NCBI GenBank assembly: GCA_039188945.1
Contig: JBCCYW010000004.1
Span: 2,313-66,312, forward strand
Origin: Patescibacteria group bacterium
GTDB lineage: Bacteria > Patescibacteriota > Minisyncoccia > Phycocordibacterales > UBA918
Direction of reading: 5' to 3'
DNA length: 64,000 nt
Made by a program: the position numbers and the translations under genes. Positions 48,162-55,702 of this stretch are shown one piece after another (the stretch's first letter is position 1; each line of letters starts with the position of its first letter). The notes beneath the pieces are model-generated. The model was not told where the DNA came from. It saw nothing but the letters and a program-made list of their open reading frames with translations, and searched no databases.

Positions 48162-48282
48162 TCACGTTAGAGATAAAAACGTTACAATGAGTCGAACCAG
48201 TTTCTGTTGCTGTGGTAAAATGTTTACTAATTACTCGCCAATTAACTAACGGAAATGTCTTCCATTTCCTATCTCTAACGCG
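48162..48282. mobile_element. MITE (CGTTAGAGATA termini) inserted at Hsp20 start codon
   Basis: TIR CGTTAGAGATA/TATCTCTAACG; ATGAA direct repeat at 48157 and 48283. Confidence 0.75.
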
Positions 48283-48795
48283 ATGAAAAAACCATCATTT
48301 CTCGAACGACTAACCGGCTCAGTCAATGCTGACGAGTACGATACTATTCTCGATGAAGAACATGAGTTTGGTGAAGCGGTAGAAGAAGGAGAGATGTATG
48401 AAGAAGAATCTGAGTGGCACGATGATGGCGCTGCAGCTGACGATACTGACCCACAAGAAGGAGAGCTTCCGGTAGACATGTATCAGACTAGTGACGACAT
48501 TGTGATTCGCGCCCTCGTAGCTGGTGTCAGCCCAGCTGATTTAGATATTGCGATTACCAGAGACATGGTAACACTCAAGGGTATGCGCGAAGAATACCAA
48601 GAGTCAGATGACGATAACTATTATCACCGCGAACTTTTCTGGGGCTCATTCTCTCGTACCCTCCTCCTCCCTGAGGAAGTGGTGATCGATGAAGCCGAAG
48701 CCCAAGAAAAGCATGGCATGCTCGAGATCCGCCTACCTAAGCTCGACAAGAACCGCAGTACCCAACTCAAGGTTAAGACCAATGCAGCGAAGTAG
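48283..48795 (+). CDS. Hsp20/alpha-crystallin small heat-shock protein
   Basis: LPVDMYQT, RELFWGSFSR.L.LP, GMLEIRLPK. Confidence 0.92.
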   Translation: MKKPSFLERLTGSVNADEYDTILDEEHEFGEAVEEGEMYEEESEWHDDGAAADDTDPQEGELPVDMYQTSDDIVIRALVAGVSPADLDIAITRDMVTLKGMREEYQESDDDNYYHRELFWGSFSRTLLLPEEVVIDEAEAQEKHGMLEIRLPKLDKNRSTQLKVKTNAAK

Positions 48796-48851
48796 AAAGA
48801 GACTCCTGTTTGTGATACTAATGTAGCAGATCAAAATATGGAGGACCAGAA

Positions 48852-49991
48852 ATGGCTTTAGGTGAAAGTGCAGTGAGTCCAGAGGTAATTACCAGTTGGA
48901 CTTATGAGAACGTCGTAACAAACCGAGGAGCACCTTTCGTGATAGAGGTGAAGAGTGGTAAGGCAGGCCTCGTTGCAAAGCTTTTTGCTCGTTACATCGT
49001 AGACGTTAATATCACTCCAGCGTATCGAACAAATGTTGAGCATGGTTGCTTTGGCCAATACACCCGCTACGACATCGTCAAGCACGAATATGCAGCTTCG
49101 ATGGTAAGTTACGTAGAGCTTATCGAGATCAGAGACGCTCCTGAGGGCCGAAACCCGATCGTTATCCATTATCATGGCTCTGACGAAGGTGACTTCTTCA
49201 TGGAATGGGAAGATCTCGAAAGTGCACAAACGGCGTTTAAGAGCCGCTTGGGCTTTCAAATTTACAATCTGGGAAGTCATCCAGGACACGTGAGAACAAT
49301 CAGACTGGGTGCACTGCAGCCCTGGTTCTACGCTGTTGGTGACCAAGAACTAGTCGGAGACTACGCTGTTCCCTTGGGTGTGCAAGACGACCCTGAGTTC
49401 AGGCTTGGAGAGCAATACGTTGTGTTTGAAGACGGCCTACCTCGGGCGGCAGTCTGTCTTGGCACCCGCTTTATCGCCAAGCACTATCAAGAACACCGAA
49501 GTTCTTGGAGCTTTCGTCGTGACGAGACGGTGGAAACCTTTCGTCTTGTGCACTTCTCAGATGGCTATATCTGGGATGAGCGTAAGGCTAGCGAAAAGAC
49601 TCCTCGCCCTATGAAGGCTGAAGAAGCCTGGATCGCTGAAGTAGTTGCTCAATTCCGCGCCTGTTTGGCCGGAGAAAGAACAGACGTCAACATCCAGTTT
49701 ACCGACGGCACAGCTTTCACTGGTTGTGTCAAGGGCTCTCGTATAACCAAACACTCCAAAGCTGGTGATTACGAAGTGCGAGCCATGATATCTCGTGACG
49801 GAAAGCCTGCAGAGCTCAAAGAAGGTTGGTTCAATGGCTTCGTTCCAAGCGTAGAACATCCTGACGTCATCTCCTTTGCTAAGGCTGAAGCGTTGAAAAA
49901 AGGTTCTGAAATCAAAACTATAGAGATTATTGGCTTCAAACCACCTGATGGTAAACGTAGGGCGTGGTCAGGGGTATTCTATTCCCACTAA
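48852..49991 (+). CDS. Hypothetical protein
   Basis: 379 aa ORF, GGAGG SD, terminator ~50012-50040. Confidence 0.8.
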   Translation: MALGESAVSPEVITSWTYENVVTNRGAPFVIEVKSGKAGLVAKLFARYIVDVNITPAYRTNVEHGCFGQYTRYDIVKHEYAASMVSYVELIEIRDAPEGRNPIVIHYHGSDEGDFFMEWEDLESAQTAFKSRLGFQIYNLGSHPGHVRTIRLGALQPWFYAVGDQELVGDYAVPLGVQDDPEFRLGEQYVVFEDGLPRAAVCLGTRFIAKHYQEHRSSWSFRRDETVETFRLVHFSDGYIWDERKASEKTPRPMKAEEAWIAEVVAQFRACLAGERTDVNIQFTDGTAFTGCVKGSRITKHSKAGDYEVRAMISRDGKPAELKEGWFNGFVPSVEHPDVISFAKAEALKKGSEIKTIEIIGFKPPDGKRRAWSGVFYSH

Positions 49992-50110
49992 CGGTTCCTT
50001 TTTAACAACTTCGAGCGGCGCACCAGTGTGCCGCTCGTTTTCATTTTAGTAAGTTAAATTAAAGTAAAAACTCTGCGAAGTCATAAATTTTGAATGAATT
50101 AGGCCGGTCC

Positions 50111-50326
50111 CTAATCGGGACCGGCCTTTTTTTGGATTGAGATCCACCGTGGATCAACCTCACCACATACTCGCACAGACATATGACCATGAGCTGGTGG
50201 ATTAATTGAGCAGATAGTAATCTGCTCATTCCTACTTGCTTCCATGATCACAGCACCTATTTCCTGTAATGTTGCGTCGGGATGATTAGTAAGATGCGCT
50301 TGCACAGCGTCAGTCAGCATGCACAT
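50111..50326 (-). CDS. Small hypothetical protein
   Basis: GGGAGG SD; hairpin over stop codon. Confidence 0.5.
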   Translation of the reverse strand: MCMLTDAVQAHLTNHPDATLQEIGAVIMEASRNEQITICSINPPAHGHMSVRVCGEVDPRWISIQKKAGPD

Positions 50327-50571
50327 AGTAGCCTCCCTTCTAAAGAACCATCATCTGAAACGAAAAATCCGCCTCAGATGGCGGGTTTCAAATTAATTGG
50401 AGAAGAGCTCAAAAACCACCACCTATTGCGGATTACTTACCAGCGACGAGCAGAACATGCTCCAGGTAGTAATGGTCTTAGTGAGCTTCATTACTTTGAG
50501 TATACAGCTTGATTAAAGTTCTGCAAACAAAGATACCGACACTCCAAATAGTGGAATGCCGGTATTGTCAC

Positions 50572-50790
50572 CTAAGTGGTCTTAACGAAGGCTGTGATGC
50601 TGCATACTCCATCAATATGTGGAGAGAGAGCAATATCAGCAAGCCTTAAACCTTTTGGTATCCGGTCGGGATTACCCCCGCGGAGACGGACTCTTCCGGT
50701 CACCTCTGGCTTGTCCAGAGTCACCTGACCAACCTCTACTCGAGGATGACCATCACGGTCGAAAATTTGAACAGTTGTAATATCAGCCAT
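50572..50790 (-). CDS. Small hypothetical protein
   Basis: TTGACA promoter, AGGAG SD. Confidence 0.55.
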   Translation of the reverse strand: MADITTVQIFDRDGHPRVEVGQVTLDKPEVTGRVRLRGGNPDRIPKGLRLADIALSPHIDGVCSITAFVKTT

Positions 50791-50931
50791 CTTGTTCTCC
50801 TTTGGTTGTACTGCAGTGATAATGCTTTAAATATTCCGTAATGTCAATATTTTCTACATATTGATACATTGACTACAGGTCAAGTACCTACCCTTCTTGT
50901 AACCGCTTGAACCATATGATTGCTGTTCAAA

Positions 50932-51261
50932 CTATCTACACTTTACTGAAATTGAGTAATTCGTACCATCATCTTCAAATTTTGTTACATGTGCTTTTTC
51001 ATTAACTTCAGTACACTTAAGGGTATCAAACCTCATATTACGCAGCACATTTGGAGCATTTTTGTATGCCTCTAAAATTCTCATTTTGACGTCTTCTTCC
51101 GCAACAACTTCTTCATTTAAAAATCTTTCAAATTCTTCTACAGGTGGCGCCGCTTCTGCCTCTTCAGAGTCAAATCCTACCTTCATTGCTAAAGCGCCAC
51201 CACCCAACCGTGCACTCTTTCTCAAAAATTCTCTTCTGCTTAATTCTGGCTGTCCTTCCAC
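50932..51261 (-). CDS. Hypothetical protein with twin-arginine-like signal
   Basis: TGCTATAAT-N6-GTG start; SRREFLRK...AEA. Confidence 0.6.
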   Translation of the reverse strand: MEGQPELSRREFLRKSARLGGGALAMKVGFDSEEAEAAPPVEEFERFLNEEVVAEEDVKMRILEAYKNAPNVLRNMRFDTLKCTEVNEKAHVTKFEDDGTNYSISVKCR

Positions 51262-51276
51262 ATTTAGATTATAGCA

Positions 51277-51391
51277 TGCATCAAGGGCAGATTCGGTCAC
51301 AAGTCAAAATCAAAGATTTTGCTCGCGACCCTGGCTCGCTTGTAAACATCGTTCCGCCTTTCTCGTCTGCTAACACAAAAAGCAGTTTTTG
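51277..51391 (-). mobile_element. Structured insert with divergent duplicate of tRNA-Phe 3' end
   Basis: Minus strand AGGCGGAACGAT...GAGCCAGGGTCGCGAG...CTTGTGACC-GAATCTGCCCTTGATGCA vs tRNA end CGAATCTGCCCCTGAGCA. Confidence 0.6.
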
Positions 51392-51465
51392 TGCTCAGGG
51401 GCAGATTCGAACTGCCGACACCTGGTTCTTCAGACCAGTGCTCTAACCAACTGAGCTACCTGAGC
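51392..51465 (-). tRNA. tRNA-Phe(GAA)
   Basis: GCTCAGGTAGCTCAGTTGG; arm CTGGT-CTGAAGA-ACCAG. Confidence 0.96.
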
Positions 51466-51513
51466 AGGTAGATAGTGAGGAGTATTGTACTGATTTTTAA
51501 GCTTTTTTCAACG

Positions 51514-51831
51514 CTATTCCCCACCATTAAACGAAGAGTGGAATAATTCGTTTACTTGCTTCCAACCAGGGATTTCTTGGATACCAGCACTAAACACTTC
51601 ATAATTTGAGCCCAAAGCGGTGAAATACGGCTCGAGTACATAGAAATAAAGTGCAAACGGCAAACCGATCAATAGTCCGTACCAGACAATCCGCAACCAA
51701 AAGCCCAACATCATATTGCGATGCATACGACGGACTAGCTCGTTATTCTCAGTTAATAATCGCTGATTTTCACGCAACAATTCTTCCAACCGCGCATGCT
51801 GTTTCGCGCTCTCGTTATGTTCAGGTGGCAT
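51514..51831 (-). CDS. Hypothetical coiled-coil + TM protein
   Basis: L.ENN.L.R.M.R then TM, Y...PY. Confidence 0.8.
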   Translation of the reverse strand: MPPEHNESAKQHARLEELLRENQRLLTENNELVRRMHRNMMLGFWLRIVWYGLLIGLPFALYFYVLEPYFTALGSNYEVFSAGIQEIPGWKQVNELFHSSFNGGE

Positions 51832-51874
51832 AGTGAGTTCATTATAGCAAAGTTATGCTACAGTATCGCGACTT

Positions 51875-51946
51875 GCCCCTGTAGTTTAATGGATAGAACA
51901 ACTCCGTCCTAAGGAGAAGATCTGGGTTCGACTCCTAGTGGGGGCA
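51875..51946 (+). tRNA. tRNA-Arg(CCT)
   Basis: GCCCCTGTAGTTTAATGGATAGAAC; loop GTCCTAA; GGTTCGACTCC. Confidence 0.93.
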
Positions 51947-52015
51947 CTAGTTGACTTTTTATATTTTTATGTTATTCTAATTGCTAGCAAATGGTCTCAA
52001 ATAGGAGGAATCTTG

Positions 52016-52504
52016 ATGATCACTTTCACCGGCACTGTCAAATTCTTCAATGAAGAAAAAGGCTACGGTTTCATCGTTCCCGATGGCGGCGGCAAGGATG
52101 TGTTCCTACACATCTCCAACTTCACCGGTAGCGGCGTGGGCGATATTCCCTCTGCCGGTATCGCAGTCACCTATCAGGTGGGTCGTGGCAAGGGAGAAAA
52201 AGACGAAGCTTGGAATGTTGAACTGGCGGTCGCTCCATTGAATATTGGTGACAAGACCTTCGGCACAATCACGTGGTTCAACTGGGATGAGGGCAAGCTG
52301 TATGGTTTTGTTGCAGTTCCCGGCCTGTCGGAAAAGGTGTTCCTGCACGTGAACGATCTCACAGGCCTCACGGACAAGGAGAAGGTGTGGGTCGACAAGG
52401 GTACCGAGTTGGTCTTCACGTTGCAGCAAGGCAGGAAAGGCTACCGCGCCCATTGTGCCTCGCTTGCCAAGACTTCGAAGGTCGTACCGATCAAGTGTGC
52501 CTAA
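52016..52504 (+). CDS. Protein with two cold-shock domains
   Basis: GTVKFFNEEKGYGFI...DVFLHIS and GTITWFN...YGFV...VFLH; AGGAGG SD. Confidence 0.88.
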   Translation: MITFTGTVKFFNEEKGYGFIVPDGGGKDVFLHISNFTGSGVGDIPSAGIAVTYQVGRGKGEKDEAWNVELAVAPLNIGDKTFGTITWFNWDEGKLYGFVAVPGLSEKVFLHVNDLTGLTDKEKVWVDKGTELVFTLQQGRKGYRAHCASLAKTSKVVPIKCA

Positions 52505-52661
52505 AGAAGATAGACGCCCCGAAGATTGGAAGTCCCGGTCTTCGGGACTTTCTTTTATTTACATTCCCCACCCACTACCAAATTCGTTTCTAGTGACGAT
52601 TGATAAATGGTAGGGAAGAGCGGCGCCGGTAGGCGCCGCTCGTTGTGCAAGTGATTGCTCT

Positions 52662-52892
52662 CTACTTCCCTAGCAATTCTCGTAGTTTTGGTTCATCAAA
52701 ACCAACAATCACGTCTTCGCCAACTCTAATCACTGGTACGCCCATTTGGCCAGTCATTTCGATCATTTCCTGGCGCTTTTCTGCATCTGCTGCAACATCA
52801 TGCTCCATAAACGCCACTTCGTGTTCCTTAAAAAAATCCTTCGCTGCTACACAAAACTGACAAACTGGAGTGCTATATATAGTTACTTCCAT
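52662..52892 (-). CDS. Glutaredoxin/NrdH-like protein
   Basis: IYSTP.CQFC, GQMGVPVI, VGFD. Confidence 0.92.
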   Translation of the reverse strand: MEVTIYSTPVCQFCVAAKDFFKEHEVAFMEHDVAADAEKRQEMIEMTGQMGVPVIRVGEDVIVGFDEPKLRELLGK

Positions 52893-52979
52893 AAGTATTG
52901 ATTTACGCGAATAGTCGCTACTTTGATACGTCTACGTTGGACCTATCTTTCACAATTTTAGTATACCAACTCTCACCTA

Positions 52980-53357
52980 CTACCAAAAGCGGTACCAAGG
53001 TCGTTCTGGAGTGGTGGTCGTTGCTGCTCCCGCAATTTCAGGCAGCGGTTCAGTATCATCAAGAATAATTACGACCTGTTCGCCTTCTCGAGCAACATCA
53101 AACTGTCGTCTCACTTCGGCCTCAATGCCTCGCTCATTACTCAAATAGTCAACTCGCTCAGAAAGCGCTGCTCGACGAGCTTCTAATTCAGAAAGTTCTG
53201 CCTCTATCGCAGCACGCCTGGCTGCCATGTCGCGCTCAACCGTATATCGTTCATACACACTGCGGACTGAAAAAATAGTCAGCAATACCAATACAGCTAA
53301 AAGGATTTTTGAGCGTGTAAAGTTACGCCATTGTTGTTTTTGTCGCAGTTTGGACAT
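52980..53357 (-). CDS. Septum formation initiator (FtsB/DivIC-like)
   Basis: TM, coiled coil, GIE.EVR..F...EGE.VVII. Confidence 0.8.
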   Translation of the reverse strand: MSKLRQKQQWRNFTRSKILLAVLVLLTIFSVRSVYERYTVERDMAARRAAIEAELSELEARRAALSERVDYLSNERGIEAEVRRQFDVAREGEQVVIILDDTEPLPEIAGAATTTTPERPWYRFW

Positions 53358-53387
53358 GTGGTAGTATTATACCAACATATTTATGAG

Positions 53388-53504
53388 TCCCGTTAGAGAT
53401 CACGAAAGTTTGTATTTTTATACTTATTCTTTAAAACCAACCGGTCGAATTGGTTTTGTCAGGCACACACTATTTGGGAAGTGTAACTTCCTATCTCTAA
53501 CGGG
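53388..53504. mobile_element. MITE (CCCGTTAGAGAT termini) inserted at a start codon
   Basis: Perfect 12-bp TIR 53389-53400/53493-53504; ATGAG(T) direct repeat at 53383 and 53505. Confidence 0.8.
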
Positions 53505-53627
53505 ATGAGTTTTCTCTACGACAAGCGAACCAAAGCCGCCATTAAATGGGTCTGGGTAGTGATTGCGGTGCTCATTATCCTCAGCATGGTCCTGACTTTC
53601 TTTGCTGGTACTGGTCACGTTATTTAG
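53505..53627 (+). CDS. 40-aa single-TM protein (below ORF track cut-off)
   Basis: MSFLYDKRTKAAIKWVWVVIAVLIILSMVLTFFAGTGHVI. Confidence 0.65.
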   Translation: MSFLYDKRTKAAIKWVWVVIAVLIILSMVLTFFAGTGHVI

Positions 53628-53630
53628 CTT

Positions 53631-53808
53631 AAAGGCCTCTTTCTTGTATATGAGGCGAAGATTTAGATTACTGCAGATACGAGGCGCTGGAGGAAAATAA
53701 GTCGAATGCGGCTATAGCCGAGTGAGACTTATTTTACCGAACAGCAACAAAGTAGCTGTGGTGATATTAATCTTCGCCCTTCATCCTTACAGGATCAGTA
53801 CACCTTTT
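53631..53808 (+). ncRNA. ~178 nt rod-like hairpin (6S-like RNA or palindromic element)
   Basis: Nested stems 53654-63/53769-78, 53667-76/53756-65, 53694-703/53726-35, 53709-20; G-U pairs favour + strand. Confidence 0.45.
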
Positions 53809-53864
53809 GGCTATTCCTGCTCGCAAACTCACAGACTAGCTCAAAAGCTCATGAAAGATGACAT

Positions 53865-55658
53865 TTAGTCATCTTTCATCATCTTCATGAACACGTCCGG
53901 CGGAATATGCACATTCCCCGTCCCCCGCTCAAGCATTTTCTTCTTTCCTTTCTTTTGATTCTCACGCAACTTCATCTTTCGGGTGATATCACCGCCATAC
54001 AGCTTGGCGGTCACATCTTTCCGGAGGGCAGAGAGTTTTTTCGTAGCGGTGATCTTTCCGAGTACACGAGCTTGGATCTTGGTCGCAAACTGTTGCCGCG
54101 GCAATGTTTTATAGAGCTTCTCGGTAATGGCATTAGCCTCAGTATCTGCTCTGGTGACACCCACTACTCGCGAAAACGCCGGCACCTCTTCTTCAGCTAC
54201 CAACACATCAAGGCGAGTCACTGAGGCGGGGCGTAATTCCGCAATTTCATAGGAAAGTGAGGCATAGCCACTAGAAGCGTTCTTGAGCTTATCGAAGAAG
54301 CCGCGCATTAGTTCGCGAAGTGGCATCTCAATTGCTAGCAGGGTGCGTCCATCTCCAAATACCTCAGTATCAAGCACGCTGGCCTCATGTTCGTAGAGCA
54401 AGGTCATGATATTGCCCATGTAATCACCGGGCAAAATAATCTGCCCGAGAATCCAGGGCTCCCGGATGTCTGCTTTAGCACCATGATCGGGAAAGCGCGT
54501 GGCGGCGTAGATTTCTTCCACCTTGCCATCAGACCAAGTCACTTCGTAAGAAATCGATGGTGAGGTAATGATAATTTCAATATTAAATTCGCGACGTAGT
54601 CGCTCGGTCACAATCTCCATATGGAGCATACCCAAGAAACCACACCGAAAACCACGCCCCAAAATACCTGACGATTCTTCTTCGTAGGAGAGTGAGGAAT
54701 CAGACAAGCGCAAGCGGTCGAGAGCTTGGCGCAAAATAGTGAAATCATCCTGACTTTCCGGAAAGACCGATGACCATACCACTGGTGGAGCCTCCTGATA
54801 GCCCGCCAAAGGCTCAGCAGCGGTCTTCTCCGGACGCACCGTATCACCCACATTAGCGACGCCTGGCTCTTTAATGCCCGTTACGATGTAGCCAATCTCA
54901 CCAGAAGACAGGGTTCCAGTTGGCACCTCCTGCGGAGCAAGAATACCCACCTCAAGTGCCTGGAACCGTTTACCGCTGGCGGCAAATTCTAAGTTGTCTC
55001 CTTTCTTAATCTGACCATCAACTACTCGCTGATACACAATAATCCCACGGTGATTTGAGTATTGAAAGTCAAAGATAAGCCCGCGGTAGGTATCAGCTGG
55101 CTTTTGCTCAGGTGCTGGGATCCTCTCACAAATGGCATTTAAAAGCCCTTGCACTCCTTCTCCGGTCTTTCCTGAAGCCAAAACAATATCTTCCCGTTGG
55201 CACTCGAGAAGATTAATAATCTCATTCCCCACCTCTTCTACTCGGGCGTGTGGCACATCGATTTTTGAGAGCACGGGAATAATGGTAAGTCCCTGATCTT
55301 TAGCCATTTGAAGTGTGGTGAGGGTCTGGGCCTGCACGCCCTGCGTGCTATCAACCAACAAGAGCACCCCTTCCACCGCGTTAAGTGCTCGCGAGACTTC
55401 GTAGGAAAAGTCAATGTGACCAGGCGTGTCAATGAGATTTAATATGTATTCCTCACCCTGATACTGATAGCTCATGCGTGCCGGCTGCATCTTGATCGTA
55501 ATCCCTCTCTCCCGCTCAAGCTCCATAGAGTCCAGTACCTGATCTTTCATCAGGCGAGCTTCGACCGTTTTGGTGACCTCGAGCATACGATCAGCCAGAG
55601 TCGACTTGCCGTGATCGATGTGCGCGATAATACTAAAATTCCTAATATTCTGAGCCAT
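53865..55658 (-). CDS. lepA: Elongation factor 4 (LepA)
   Basis: IRNFSIIAHIDHGKSTLADR, GFRCGFLGMLH, LYGGDITRKMKL. Confidence 0.98.
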   Translation of the reverse strand: MAQNIRNFSIIAHIDHGKSTLADRMLEVTKTVEARLMKDQVLDSMELERERGITIKMQPARMSYQYQGEEYILNLIDTPGHIDFSYEVSRALNAVEGVLLLVDSTQGVQAQTLTTLQMAKDQGLTIIPVLSKIDVPHARVEEVGNEIINLLECQREDIVLASGKTGEGVQGLLNAICERIPAPEQKPADTYRGLIFDFQYSNHRGIIVYQRVVDGQIKKGDNLEFAASGKRFQALEVGILAPQEVPTGTLSSGEIGYIVTGIKEPGVANVGDTVRPEKTAAEPLAGYQEAPPVVWSSVFPESQDDFTILRQALDRLRLSDSSLSYEEESSGILGRGFRCGFLGMLHMEIVTERLRREFNIEIIITSPSISYEVTWSDGKVEEIYAATRFPDHGAKADIREPWILGQIILPGDYMGNIMTLLYEHEASVLDTEVFGDGRTLLAIEMPLRELMRGFFDKLKNASSGYASLSYEIAELRPASVTRLDVLVAEEEVPAFSRVVGVTRADTEANAITEKLYKTLPRQQFATKIQARVLGKITATKKLSALRKDVTAKLYGGDITRKMKLRENQKKGKKKMLERGTGNVHIPPDVFMKMMKDD

Positions 55659-55702
55659 AATTTAGTTCCGATACTCTACCCTACTGAAGCAAAAAAGCCA
55701 GC

